DNA of 63,690 nt, counting the filler, from Dicyema japonicum (taxonomy: Eukaryota; Animalia; Dicyemida): NCBI GenBank assembly GCA_011109175.1. It is 13 parts of 13 records of this genome, joined end to end, with 100 filler letters (N's around TTAATTAATTAA, not from the genome) between each part and the next. Parts side by side here need not be neighbours in the genome. Positions count along the whole stretch, not along the records: positions 7,265 to 16,507 come from RDEW01000251.1; positions 16,608 to 20,108 come from RDEW01000332.1; positions 20,209 to 25,084 come from RDEW01000301.1; 10 more parts are not named here. One strand, 5' to 3'. The notes below the pieces were generated by a model. It did no database searches. It was not told the DNA's origin and saw only the letters and a list, made by a program, of their open reading frames with translations. Positions 11,967 to 25,020 of this stretch are shown piece after piece. Position numbers and translations under genes: made by a program. The number at the start of each line of letters is the position of its first letter. Position 1 is the stretch's first letter.

Positions 11967-14122
11967 TCAGCAGCTCAATGAAAAATTTTCAACCCGCTCA
12001 ACAAGCTCAGAGGGAGTTACAAGCATATCAAATTGTTCCTGAAATAACTAAACCCACAATTCACCTCCAATTTACGAGTCACATTGGCCAGTTCTTTGGA
12101 ACTCATTCGGAGAACAGACAAAAGGACATTCCCATCAATGAAATCTGAGAACTTGTAAGGGTATAAATAATATTTCGGAAACCCAGAATATTCTTTTCTA
12201 AATCTAAGAATCAGGACACGTGACCACCTTTCATAGTAAATATTTCCCACATTACTGAGTGTAGACAACACAGAAGACTGAACCGCGGTATAAAAATCAG
12301 CAAGGGACTCATCCTCAATGGTTTTAATCGACCCAACACATCCTGACAGTGTCCCGAAAATAATCTTAGAATCGTCGTAGAACTTGGTCAAATATCCAGG
12401 TATCATAATATTGAGGGAATCAGCCAAATAATAACAAGAAAGAATGTTTAATCTATCCGCGTCGGGCTTATTTTCGTACAAAATCAAGTTATTGTTGGAA
12501 TCAAACGCTAAAAACAAATTATCCCTCACAAATTCAATATTTACGATAGTCCTCACCGAGACATCTCGATTCACCTGAATTCTGAAAAGAATATTACCTC
12601 AACGATAGAGGAGGAAACTTCGTCAAATCTCAACAAGGCTATGGACTCCAAAAAATCTCCAACAAGGATTAGATCCTCAAACACCTTCATAACGGTGCAG
12701 GACACGTATTTATTAAGAGAGCACACAAGAGTAATACCACACTGAGACACAGAAAACAGCTCAATCTAAATTACAAAGAAAATCGTACTCTCCCATTAAT
12801 AGAGGCTACAAGCATGTCTCGGTACTGTTGAAGACAATATGGCACTCCGCTCACATTAATTTCATATGACTTTGAAATTTCCCCACTTTCCCGTTTAAAT
12901 ATGACGATCTTGCCATTTTCACTATCAAGAAAATCATTCTCATCTTCCCCTGTAATTCCAACTCCATATAATATGCCACATGGAAAGTTCAGAACAACAA
13001 CAGAGGTGATATAGAATGCAAAATTATGAGAATAGAGCACTCCAGTAGTAATACATAATTACCTTCATATGTATCTCCATCTAGTGCTAAAAATGAAGAA
13101 AAGGGGGAAGATTCAGTTAAATTTGGAGAAATAGAATTATCTTGGGCTAAAGGAAAGGATTCGTGAGAATTCGTGCAAAATCTGGACCCACGTTTTAAAA
13201 TATCAAGAGCAGTTGTAGCAAGTAGAATAAGGTTGTTTTCTGGGCAATATTTGATTCGTCTACTTTAAATTAAAATATAACCTCGGTGTTTCACTCAGTG
13301 GAATATGCTTGCAGTAGATCCTCTGTCCGACTTCAAACTTTCCCACAATGAGGTATTCCCCATTCGAAATTAAATGACTGAGATTAAAAACCAAGCAAAC
13401 CAATCTTGGAAATGGGAAGAATTGTAATTTACGATGTATTGCATCCTGTTGGGATTGACAGGCCAAATCATTAGATTATCGTTGGAAAAGCGAATTTCAG
13501 CTGACGAGGATGAGCAAGCTAGGACAACAAAATCTCCCTCAGCCATGATCTTACACAAAGAGATGGAAGATTGCGACAGAACATGCTCACGTGGATATCT
13601 GAGGAGTTCTGGGGTAATCTGTCAACATATACCAGTGATTGTGTCATATTCAAGATGGAAAATGCGACCATCCACAGTCGAACATAAAAGTCGCTGAGAA
13701 TTCCAAGACGATAGTAAGACCAGACTCAATATAGAGGCAAATTCTACAAATAATCAAAAACACACAACCCTGATCAACCACCACAGTAGAAATAAACTCA
13801 AATTGAGTTAGTTTGTAGACATAAACACCACAGTCGTTCCAAAAGGAGACAAAGAATATATCTCCAGCCAAGCACAGAGCAGATATTTCACCTTTGAAAT
13901 TATGAGAACTGTATCAATAAATATACATTCAAACTCAATCAGCTGAATTTCCCCATTATTTAAGGTCAAATAGTAACCGGAGCAGGCTGAAGAACACAAA
14001 ATACGGGTAGTGTCAGAGGAAACAACAGAAATGGGAATGTTAGGAGACCACCTTTTGACAGTACTGGACACTGTCTCAATAATAAGAACCTCCACTTCAT
14101 TAATCTAATCGTAGAAATAGTC
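11967..14122 (-). CDS. DDB1: DNA damage-binding protein 1, C-terminal ~60%, 9 micro-introns (22-26 nt); 5' part cut at the single-n join at 14123
   Basis: Hand-spliced product gives LALDGDTYEVLYSHNF, MLVASINGRIELF, LILVGDFLESIALL, RDVSVRTIVNIEFVRDNLFLAFDSNNNL, IFGTLSGCVG, FIDGNVLLSVL, ending ELVERVENFSLSC-TGA. These are collinear with DDB1 motifs (ASINSTVRL, ILVGDLMRS, LFGTVNGMIG, FIDGDLIESFL). No internal stops after splicing. Confidence 0.87.
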
Positions 14123-14249
14123 NTTTGTCTTACCGAATATCTTATATTTGTTTCTATAAAGATTCAATACATCTAATTAATGGACCATCAATTATTCTAA
14201 TCGCAATCTATCCATCAATCTTTTTATTGTTTAACAGTGAAGATATCTA

Positions 14250-14900
14250 TCCATTCATTCGCACTTTTGTTTCCAAAAAAGCGAAAATCGATCCTCTCCA
14301 GTTTAGCATTCAAAATAATGTTACTAAGTGTAACCAGATTACACGTAATCATTAAACAACACTTATTTTTCAGCTTCAAAGTGGAAGATTCGACGGACCT
14401 TCACGTTTGTATAAGCCGACTCTATAGAGCATAGAAGAGTGTCCAGAATGGTTTGAAGCTTGTTTAACGACTTTCTTCAAGGCCATCATTTGGGAGATTT
14501 TCCTACGGAGATTGGGTGCAGGCCAAATCTGTCAAACTAGTCTTCACATCGACATGGATATAACAAACCGACTTTTAATCCGAGTAGTAATGAGATCTCA
14601 ATACGATCGCATTCATCATCCAGAAAAGGTACACAAAACTACATTAGGAATGGAGTTGTGCCAAGTTGCGCTCTCGGAAGTTGCCCTCGACAACAAACAA
14701 GCAATGGGCGTTGGTTTCATCCAGAAAAGGTACACAAAACTACATTAGGAATGGAGTTGTGCCAAGTTGCGCTCTCGGAAGTTGCCCTCGACAACAAACA
14801 AGCAATGGGCGTTGGTTAGATGTGCAATTTCGGACAGATACTTTTCAAATTTCTTCACTTTTGGATCGAACAAGATTTTGTATATAGTGAATCGATCAAA
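14250..14900 (-). mobile_element. CRE-like RLE-region fragment with ~99-bp tandem duplication
   Basis: HNSIPNVVLC.FLDDECDRIEISLLLGL..YPCRC..GLHPIS on the minus strand. Confidence 0.7.
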
Positions 14901-15889
14901 CCTTTTTTTAAACCTCCGTGTTTACAACTTTGTGAATGTTGCGTAAATTCCGTGTCATTTCGTTCGTGCTCGCGAGAAAGAAGACATAGACTTCCATCTA
15001 TCATCAAGAAAAAGTCAATAAATAACAGAAAAAGATTTTAAATCTTAAATAAAACTCAAACAGAATCAGCAAATCAATTCCGAAGAATTATAATTAAAAG
15101 ACAAGCAATTTTTTTTCTTTTATAGAATAAATCAATAAGATTGATTATTCAATCGACTTTATCTACCGTAAAATTTTTTGTGTCTTTTTACCGATCTAAT
15201 TGAGAACTATCTACCAGCCGTTCAAAATATAATCGTACATTCTTAGCAAGTCTAACTTTGATTGATTTGTCCGCGTGGCGCCAACGTTAGTGTGATTCTA
15301 TGTGGCTACATGAATTAAAGATTTCTTTTTAACGATCTAATTGAGAACTATCTACCAGCCGTTCAAAATATAATCGTACATTTTTAGCAAGTCTAACTTT
15401 GATTGATTTGTCCGCGTGGCGCCAACGTTAGTGTGATTCTATGTGGCTACATGAATTAAAGATTTTTTGTTGTTTCTTCAGTTTCTCCTCTTCTATTTGG
15501 CTCTAGGAAGGTTCTAATGCTACTGTGGGTCATGTGGTTCACCATCTGTGGTGGCTCCAGATTTGATCCCAAATTATATCCAAAAAGGACCATTAGTCGA
15601 CAACTATCCAGAGGAATTCCCCTTCGACGGCACCTCCTTCAAATCCTAGCATGCAAAAACTGCTGAGGAAGCCTGGGATCACCTGAATTTTTCATTCTGC
15701 CTATGACGGTGTTTTTGGTTAATAAATTTAAAATTAAAAAAAAGCTATCGAGATGCGCTCGAAGCCGATATTTTGTCATTTTTTTATTAATTTGAAGATA
15801 ATGTTCCTGGCATTATTGAAAACACAGAAAATTTTGTAGCGTGTGGCTCAATGTTACAACTACAATAATTTTTTGTAAAATTGACGAGT

Positions 15890-16210
15890 TTTGGATAACC
15901 ACTTGCAAACCAGAATGATCTTGGCTTTGAGTGTAGTCAGACGTATCAGCTTCATGAGGAAACGATACGATTTCCCACCAGATGTTTCAACTACTATGGG
16001 CAGAAACGTAAATCGGTCAACCAATGCCTTGTAGATTTTTCCATAGCCTTCATAGCATTTTCCGCGGAATACAACATATCTACCGTACTCCCAACAATGC
16101 GGGATGGATAAAGCAGACCGATACTTGTGGATTCATAAAAAATGGCTATCTTCCTCGAACGGAGAGATTGTGATTCCAGCCGGTGGTTTTCCATCTCATC
16201 CGTCCAATCT
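15890..16210 (-). mobile_element. CRE-like 3' fragment
   Basis: DGKPPAGITISPFE, AENAMKAMEK, RFTFLPIVVETSGG. Confidence 0.75.
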
Positions 16211-16394
16211 GAGAGTTTTTTTATTAAAAGTTAAAAAAATATAATTTCAATTATTAAAAGGATGAGATGTTAAGTAATCGTGTTTCGTAATGACTCTAAC
16301 TATTTACATTACATCCCACGTGAGAGGATAACTAAACTGGTAAAATAATAATAGCCTTTTCACGAGAACCATAATATTTATAGCTCCGCATAGG

Positions 16395-16461
16395 CAGCAG
16401 TGAGAATCGAACTCGTAACCTAAGTCACTTTAGCCCGACACCTAACCACTATGCCACCCGT
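16395..16461 (-). mobile_element. tRNA-derived SINE, head only
   Basis: GGTGGCATAGTGGTTAG (A box) and GAGTTCGATTCTC (B box); near-identical to 49290-49360. Confidence 0.7.
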
Positions 16462-16639
16462 AAAATAAATAACAACAAATAAGTATGTTCGAGCATAAAA
16501 TTTTTAGNNNNNNNNNNNNNNNNNNNNNNNNNNNNNNNNNNNNNNNNNNNNTTAATTAATTAANNNNNNNNNNNNNNNNNNNNNNNNNNNNNNNNNNNNN
16601 NNNNNNNCATATATTGCATAAATTTGTATTCTAGTCATC

Positions 16640-16960
16640 AAGGGTTTCAACGTCCCCAAGAAGTTTATTTTTCATGAACAGTCCTGATGCTTGAGTACCT
16701 TTCTAATAATCGTTGTAGTTCACCTCCAGATTTCTTTGTACAATCTTTCCGAATAACATTGAATCCAGGAAAAATAGGCATAGAGTCCTTCGGAGTCATT
16801 TTAGACTCTTGAATTAGTGTTATGTCATTTTTGATTTTTTAGATGTTTGTTCTGAGCTCCAAGATTTTATCCTTGATTCCATTCTCGTTGAGCTGGATCA
16901 CTGAAATCCTCCTTTTGTTTTCGAGGGTCGCACACTCCGGTAAGCTAATACCGATCCAGA
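16640..16960 (-). mobile_element. LINE ORF2 start (APE N-terminus)
   Basis: ISVIQLNENGIKDKILEL...ITLIQESKM...FPGFNVIRKD. Confidence 0.75.
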
Positions 16961-17149
16961 AATTCGCCGACAGGGGTGACATTACTCTCCAGTGGAGGAT
17001 AGCAAATGGTCCTTTTCTGGAGTGCGTTACGCCCACTCTGAGCGCCTCCATTTCTTTTCTGTCTGGTAAACCACATGACACCACGTTTTAATTCATAATA
17101 TCAGATGTTTGATATTTAAAATTATATTTATTTTGCTTTTTATTAATCC

Positions 17150-18175
17150 AACATGGTTTCAGGAGAGACCAGTTTACATCAACAATCCTTACCTCATTGA
17201 ACCAGTCCATTATTGAAGGCTTTTCTACAAAACCACATCTAAAATCTGTTTTATGCTTCCTCGACTTACAAAAGGCCTTCGATTCTGTATTCAGAAAAAT
17301 TCTTACTCAAAAAATATTTAGACTATACATCAACTCGAACATAAAATTATGGCATTCAAATTTCCTCAGCGAAAGAAGAGGGCGTGTGTGCTTGGATGGA
17401 ATTCGATCAGTCTCAAGATTACTTCCAAATGGAGTTCCCTAAGGCTCTTTCTGTCTCCTGCCTATTCAACTTATACCTTTCCGACATTCCAACTAAGTTC
17501 TGGAAGACTTGCAAAAAATATAAGAACTCTTGTTACAAATTCAAACTTGGCTACACCAAAACCGGATGAACATATCTCCCGGAAAATCCTCCACCACTCT
17601 ATTTACCTCGGACAAAAGGCTCAGAAGATGTACCGTGGATCTATTCCTGGACAACGAAAAATCTTTTCTACGATGAACCCTAAATTTCTGGGGGTCACTT
17701 TTGATACCCACATGTGTTTTTCTTCCCACATTGAGAAGACCATTGGAACTTGTCAGAGTAAAATTGGTTTAATCAAAACCATATTTGGTGGAATAAAAAG
17801 CCAAGCAATTTATCGACCGACTATCAGTTATGCCTGTGCAGCATAGGGAATTAATCTATCGTGGACCAACTGTCTTAAAGTTGATAACACTCTATGTCGA
17901 GCTGCGACTACCATAATGCATATCGCAAAGCTGAACAATATTCTACCCAGTCCCTTTGACCACCTTATCAAGCAAAACGGCAAGAGTTTTTTAACCCTCA
18001 TGCAGGACCTGTAGTCGACAGACCGTCCTGTGTCAAGCAGTTTCCAGAAGCACATCACCCCAGTTGGTCTTCTCACGAATACTGTCCTCCGCCCGTATCG
18101 TGACTTTGTTAGGTCAAATGTCCAACATCGGGAGAAGCTCAGAAAGCTCATCAGGATTGTCGGGATCACTTAATT
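17150..18175 (+). mobile_element. Degenerate Jockey/I-like LINE 3' kilobase, ending GIT-stop
   Basis: LDLQKAFDSV, SRLLPNGVP, PKFLGVTFD, IYRPTISYA. Terminus IVGIT-TAA. Confidence 0.85.
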
Positions 18176-18472
18176 AATTCCAAGAGATTAACTATTGGTG
18201 TTTTTTTTTGTGAAGATCACCGAACCGGACCTACGCCTCAGGAAGCCTTATGAGACTAGACTTCAGATCACGGGAAGGTGGTCCTGAAAATGAAGGCAGC
18301 CATCCTGTACGTTCATGCGCGGGCACGAAAAAAGAACATCGGACAAAAATGAGGTCTCTGTTAGAATGCATCGGGATCACGTGATAATTAGTTTGGTTTT
18401 ACCGTGGTTTTGGGTTAAATAAATAAAAATAAAACAATAAGTAAAATTAATTCCTTAATATGCCCGTCAAAT

Positions 18473-19000
18473 TCAATCTTCTCTTCTTGGGCCAACCCCT
18501 ATAGTCTTTATAAGCTTGTTCAGGTCGCTGCATACCCCACATTCAGAGACTACCCTAGGTTGACATTCCCTGCCGTCTTCCTCGTCAACAGGCATCGATA
18601 CTCTATGCCTCTCCTCAGCTTGCATACTATCCAAAAACTTCCGTAACACTAGCGTCTGTATATGAGCTTTGACCCTCTCCTCTACCTTGAGGGCATCCAG
18701 GTACCTTTGAAGAATCTGGAGACAATTCCATCCCAAGTGATAACCACAGGGATTATTTTCACCTTTTCGAAATGGATATTCTCAAGTTCGTTCGCCAGTA
18801 GGTCATACTTGTGAAACTTTTCTACCTTGACCTGCTTGAGGCAGTTTTGGGAAGTAATCTCAATTTCAACAAGAGTAATCGTATTTTTTGTCTTATCGTA
18901 AACGAAAATGTCGGGTTTGTTATTCGTTACAGCTGTATCCGTACTGATTCGTATCTACACGAATCTCCACAAATTTATTTGCGACACAGATTATAACTGA
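18473..19000 (-). mobile_element. R4/Dong-like RLE non-LTR retrotransposon 3' end
   Basis: TNNKPDIFVYDK...ITLVEIEIT...EKFHKYDLLANEL...IIPVVITWDGIV...KAHIQTLVLRKFLDSM (PD-(D/E)xK nuclease). Confidence 0.8.
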
Positions 19001-19655
19001 TGGGTCTTCAGTTTCTTAGTTTTTCTTATTCCATATTGACGGAAGAGATTTAGGTGTAATTATCTAACCACTTCATTATGTAATAGAGAATGGGTTTAAA
19101 GATTCAGGACTCCTTCGTAGAAAAGCTAAAGCTGTCGTATCTCTAATTTATGAAAGTTTTTGGCTGAGAAATACTCCCGAAGTACATTGGTTTCCAATTT
19201 TGATATTAGAATTGCAAATATCAATGCGAGAGGGAATGCCTTTTTAAACTCTACAAAACAATACGAGTAGCTATTAAGATGATCGAAAGCATTTGGAAGA
19301 ATTTCTCGAATTTCACTTCGGAGGAGACTTAAAAGTAATAGGCTATTGGAGAAGATTCTAAACATTAAAAAAGGATTAATGGGTGATATAACATAACATT
19401 CATCAATTTTTTCCTGTTTGAATTAACTTTGTATCAGTGTTCCCGATTTTCAGAATTTATTATGATTACACCCAATTTTCTCGAATCCGCCTTCAAATCT
19501 CCTAAACATGTAATTTATAAAAAATCCAAATTGACGAAGATTCGAAATGAATTGATCACTTTTTTCAACCAAAAATATTTTTTAAACAACGTCACTTGAA
19601 TGTAAAAAATAAAAAAAACACAAAAACATGATTTATCGACAAAAATATGAATTTA

Positions 19656-19978
19656 TCAATCATTACGAAAATCGTCACGTAATAATCTTATGTATTCTTC
19701 TAATTCCCTCGATTGTCTTAAGTTTTCTTCCTAAAATATAATGGAAAAATACATAATCCCTGTGAAGATCTGCTAAACGTCCATAGTAGCTTTCTTTACT
19801 ATAAAAAGCATATACCCGTTAGCTCTAAGTTACTTGTGTCAACAACTTCCAATAAAAAGTTTACTTCTCTAATGTCCATTTGTATTTCAAGAATATATTG
19901 AGTTATATGCTGATATTCGTCTTCCGATTTCCTTAGTTCATCGTTATTATTCTCATCGTGATGGTTTGACGAGTTCAT
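19656..19978 (-). CDS. Orphan 92-aa acidic, coiled-coil-like protein; 3 exons (introns 19794-19815 and 19731-19752, both 22 nt)
   Basis: ATG 19978; GT-AG introns of the same size class as those in conserved genes restore an open frame MNSSNHHDENNNDELRKSEDEYQHITQYILEIQMDIREVNFLLEVVDTSNLELTESYYGRLADLHRDYEENLRQSRELEEYIRLLRDDFRND-TGA, with AT-rich flanks. No homology recognised. Confidence 0.6.
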
Positions 19979-20599
19979 CCTTATTTAAGTTACTAAATGT
20001 TACGTTTAATTATTGCTCATAATTGTATTGTGATTAATTTATATAATTATTTATTATTTTTTATTTTAATATAAATATAATTTTGCAACGACTTTAAGTG
20101 GGGAAAGCNNNNNNNNNNNNNNNNNNNNNNNNNNNNNNNNNNNNNNNNNNNNTTAATTAATTAANNNNNNNNNNNNNNNNNNNNNNNNNNNNNNNNNNNN
20201 NNNNNNNNTCGAAGACTGATTATGTTTGGCACGTGTGTGCTGAAGGTCATGAGGGTGTCAAATGTTCCTCTCAGAATTTTAACTTGTTGCTTGTGTGGGA
20301 GAGTAGTTTCAATTTGTTCGTAGCTGTCGTAACATACATTGAAAAAATAAGGCATGGCAAACCTAAGTAAAATGTGATTATCTTTCTACAAAAAATAATC
20401 TAAAAATTTTAAATGGGATTTATTGTGGAAAAGTCATGACAACATTAGGTAAAATGACATAATATTTTGTGGCATGACCCTTGTAAGAATCACTGCTTTT
20501 AAACGATTTTTATTTCATCAAGCTCCGGGTATTTTAATTTTTTACGAGTTTTTAGTTTAGGATTTCTGTTCTTGAACTGAAATAAAAGCGATCCTGCAT

Positions 20600-20943
20600 T
20601 CATTTACATTGCATTGACTGTCCTTGAGATTCTCTTTTAAAAAATAGAAGAAAATATGTTGCATACCGTCTGACATGAAACTGATTTATTTGTTTCTGTA
20701 TACCACAATATTTCCACTTTTTGAGCAATTGAAAGTCTGGTGTAGTCTCCAACAGAAACATTCCACACATGCTTGCTTTAAATTATTTAAATTTTTAAAA
20801 ATATTTAAAAAAATAAAAATAATTTTTAAAAATGTTGGCAAATTTCATAATTGGCAAATATCATTGAAAAATAAAAAAATCGATAAAATGGCAAATTTCA
20901 GAATTGGCAAATTTAAGAGTGGCATATTTGAAAGAGTTTACTG
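20600..20943 (-). mobile_element. pogo/Tigger-like element 5' end: TIR, TGGCAAATTT subterminal repeats, HTH start
   Basis: TA|CAGTAAACTC terminus at 20943; five TGGCA(A/T)AT repeats; RLSIAQKVEILWY resembles the psq-type HTH. Confidence 0.6.
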
Positions 20944-21649
20944 TATGTATATTAACCCTTTACTCATTTAAAGTGAGGGAAACCTACGGGTAACAAAAAA
21001 GTAACAACCAAAGTCTAGTATTTGTGTGAATACTGGAACGAACCAATCTATGGATCAGTTACAATATCTTGGAGTATGTATTAATTCAAATGGTTCTTTC
21101 AAAGATCATATTAAGAAAGACGTAGAAAAGGTACCGAGATGTTGAAATCGCTTCTACGATTTCACCTGAGTCCGGAAACTTTCCATATTTTTATCTCCTT
21201 GTATAGAACCATTCCTGATGTATGGCTTCCAAGGATGGTTCAAAATGATTAGAAAAGTATTCTTGTGGAGCCTCTCGATAGATTGAAAAGATATGCTATT
21301 ATATCTTGAGCGCTGAGTACTATCAGACCATCATTTTGGATAAACTTCTAGTTAGAGTCTAGTTGAAGCGTTCGAATTCCCTGGCTTTGTGGATTGTTCG
21401 GTCTTCCGTTAATTTCAGAGACTTAATTTTTTGCATATCTTAGAAATATGGATATTTTCGAATTCAGCCTTGTTATCAGATTGCTGACTAAATTTAGTGG
21501 TTTTTATAACCTTGTTTAAAAATAAAGTCAGCATATAAAGCTAGTGTGATTTAAAGTACTGATTGCAATTTTTAAGAAACCCCGAGGACACTGAGAAAGT
21601 AAAATCAAACTATAGGTTATAACTTTTTTGTTTTGATAATAAGAGAGAA

Positions 21650-22005
21650 CACGGATTCATCTCTCCAGTATTGGACGAATGCTTGCTTCGAAGAGTTGCG
21701 AGCCCAGCGAGGGACACTGCATAAGCTGAGGCTTGAAATTCCGGTTATCAGTGGGAACGCCTTCGAAATCCAGGCCTCTTAACTAAATATCTTGATTTTT
21801 TTTAATATTTCATTTTCAAAAATTAAAAAATTTAAAGTGATAATTTTTTTTAAATACTATATTTTGTGTTTTATTTTTAACAGAAAGAGAATTTATTTTT
21901 AAAATTATAAATAACTATGACGACAGAATGGCGAAGGCGTTACCTCTGATAATTGCCATTTCGAGCCTCTGCCTCAACCAGAGCCTCTTCCGTGGCTCAC
22001 ACCTT
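21650..22005. mobile_element. Two convergent CRE-like 3' tips (+ 21650-21785, - 21915-22005)
   Basis: Minus copy reads WLRQRLEMAIIRGNAFAILSS. Plus copy has ISGNAFEIQAS. Confidence 0.65.
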
Positions 22006-22289
22006 GTGTTTTATAAATGCTATAATGCTATTTTAAGTGCTATATTTTAAATCTTAACTGCTATAAAAAATTACCCTTGTTATAAGTCAATCAGTATTTT
22101 CATCATGCCTCTATGATCCTCCGTTAATTGGATCTATAAATTTCAATTCACAGCATTCGGTAAATTCACAATCAGTGTTCCGTATTACTTGGGTTTTGGA
22201 GTGTTTATATGTCGACGATAAAAAAAAGAGACGTTTCCGTTCCGGCAACAGCTCCTCCTTCCAACAACGATAATTTCAGCCTCTTCGGC

Positions 22290-22520
22290 TTTCACCAGTA
22301 ATGCAGTTCATCATGCCTTTTCTGAATGGATCTGGCATTCATCAGCATTATTTTTACATTTCTTGCTTTCAACAACTTTTCAGGTGGCCTAGCTTCTTCA
22401 GGATGAGTGCCGATTGTTTGGAATGCTAACTTGTTACGGACTCTTGTTCTACAAAGTATCGAATACGCCTGTGCTGCATGGATAGCCCCGTTATCACTAT
22501 CGGATTTTTTTACAATCAAT
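22290..22520 (-). mobile_element. LINE ORF2 start (APE N-terminus)
   Basis: NVKIMLMNARSIQKRHDEL. Confidence 0.6.
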
Positions 22521-22529
22521 GTCCATTAA

Positions 22530-22840
22530 TTTAAGTCACAATTGCACGAGGGTTTCACAGCGAGCACCGATGAATATATGAACAGGAAGAAGTACCACGG
22601 CATCGTGGACCGCTTCGTTTTCCAGCTGATCTCTGTTGAGATGTCTTGCGTTATTGGCCCGAGCACGTCTGATTTCATCAAGTCAATCGTACGGCTTGCG
22701 GGGAAGCGGAAGGACGAACCTAGAATGACGCAATGGTTTTTTCAGAACATTGGGTTCGCAATGATGAGAGGTAACTCCCATTGCGCGCTATGCCTGCAGG
22801 ACATAATGGAGACCTGTCATAACAACTTTACCTAAAGTAG
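22530..22840 (+). mobile_element. CRE-like 3' fragment
   Basis: KKYHGIVDRFVFQLISVEMS...WFFQNIGFAMMRGNSHC. Same subfamily as 27050-27170 and 60295-60540. Confidence 0.8.
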
Positions 22841-24099
22841 CTAGTAATTTTTCCCCATATGTTGCAACTCGTTATAAAGCGTTTGATGAAATTTTGTGGA
22901 CAACTTTTCCTAATTTATTCTTTGTAGATATGTCTATTAAACCATTATTTCCCTCTTAAATTGTCATTTCATCCTGTTTGTGACAATTTAGTCGAGATAT
23001 TTAGAGAATAATCCACTGGATTTTCAGTCATCAGAAGGGCAACCAGAAAATTGCATTTTCAAAATAAAATTGCAAATGAAAAAATAACTAGGAAAATAAA
23101 ACTGAGTTTTAAAACTGCCACAATGCGGGGTCAGAATGTACTTTGCTTTGCTCAAAATCTCTGCAAAAATATGAGAATACTTACAGAAATAACCAGGTCG
23201 CTGGAAGAGGACGTAAAAAATTTTGGAAACCGGAGTCACCCAATGGTTGGCCACTCTTTCCTTTCTTCTCACATTTTCTTGAATCCATCGTGCAGTTTAA
23301 GACAAATCATTTTTTGCAAGGTTCCTTTAATATGTATGACAAGGGTTTTAAGCCATGTTTGAATATTGCTTGTTATTTGATCATTAAATTCATGTTAAAG
23401 AGATATATTATTTATTAGAGACCATTAATCACTAAAAATGTAGATATTGAGTTTGTCTCTCTCTGCTTAGAGCGTTGAGGATGTCTTAAAGAAATCTGGA
23501 TGCTATCGGGACGCATTGGTCTCCATCATATTGTCTGCATATGTCAAAATCACGGTGTTATCAGAAATAGATTCAATAGAATGGGGGTGATGTTATGCAC
23601 GCCATTTGGTAGAAATTTTGTGACAAACTTAATAATCTACGATACACTCATATTCGCAGTCCATCTTTTGATTTGTTCGGAATATCTGAGACAAAGAAGA
23701 GTTATCAAAATATCGTCATAATAGGATTGTAGCTTAAAACCAATATTTATTGAGCTCCTATTGATAAATTCAGAAACGAATAATCAACCCGTGATACAGG
23801 ACTGAAATATTTTCTATGATAGGTATATCTCAGGTCCAAGGTCTCCAACCAGCTTGTTCGATAACCCAAAAAATTAGAAAACAAATAGGAAAAGTCCATG
23901 ATGACTCATCATTTGGGTGAGTTTTGTCAATATTGTCAATAATTCACATATTTTTTAAAATTGTTTTAAACTTTAAAAATGTATTTTTAATCAAAAATAT
24001 TATATAAATCGAAAGTTATAGAGTCAAAAAGTATAAGTTAAAAAAAAAGTTAAAAAGCGACGGTGACAAGTGAGAACCTTATGGCACGGTGTTTTTAAG

Positions 24100-25020
24100 A
24101 AATTTGAGACCGATTGAGAGGATTTTGTTACCACTTTTTCTCTTCTTCCTTTTTGCTGAATTCAAAATTGTTTCTCTTCTCAGGGTTTGTGATCTTTGAG
24201 AGAGTCATCCACATGATTGACAAAGTCTCTGCTTGTTAAACGCGGAGTTGATTTTTCTCCATTTGTCCACTTCCTTTTTCTTAGAGTTTTTCCAGCACTC
24301 GAGTTCGGTATATAATTTCTGGCGATGGCCCTTGGATGCTTTTGGGTCGATTACGTTCATTCATAATCTTCTTCCTTTTGTGCTCAAAACGTTTAATGTA
24401 GGATTTGATTGATCTTCCTCTGATTGCCTTCTGGATCTTGCTTTTAACATGGGAAACTGCATTATCGAGTGAGTCGAAACGTGCTGTATCGAAATCTGCC
24501 AAGTTTATGTCCACGTTGAGCAAAATCTTTCCAATTAACGATTCTGAAATCCAGGAAATGTTTCGTCTTCTTTCATAAATGAAAGTGCCCTTCATCCAGG
24601 GTCAAATAAGGTGAAGTAGTGTTGCCATAAGCTCTTAAGATCTTCTTTTCCTCTGGCATCCGCAGTTTGGCTTTTGTATTAGATCGGATGTTAACATCGA
24701 GGTCTCCACATATCGAAAATGTTGGTATTGACGTAGCACATCCAGGGAGAAGGTAGACTCCTTTGGATAGGATCTGGTAAGGGGAATGTACATGCTAGAG
24801 TTGCAATATTTCCCATGTTTATTCGAATGCGATATTGTGTGTCCGATCTCTCTTCTGATGAGAGTATTGACTCCTCCACGACCAAACTGGCAATCCTTTC
24901 AGATAACAGTGTATCACGGAAGTGTTGGAGTGGGGAGTGTGTCAGTTCCCTCATTCTGTGATTGTGCTTCACACAGGCTCGATGCAACATCAACAAAATC
25001 GTTTCTAAATTGACGTTTTT
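24100..25020 (-). mobile_element. LINE APE endonuclease plus linker, degenerate
   Basis: IFICGDLDVNI/HP motif, LDEG.TFIYE, and a downstream W..F linker in broken frames. Confidence 0.6.

Noticed and set aside
16395-16461. Possible tRNA gene (also 49290-49360)
   Set aside because: D and T arms are present, but there is no acceptor-stem or anticodon-stem pairing; treated as a SINE head.
19000-19520. Broken minus-strand frames reminiscent of retrotransposon gag
   Set aside because: Multiple stops and only vague similarity; no diagnostic motif.
20952-20962. TTAACCC / GGGTTAA piggyBac-like ends (also 11778 and 62361)
   Set aside because: Too short, unpaired, and no transposase remnant nearby.
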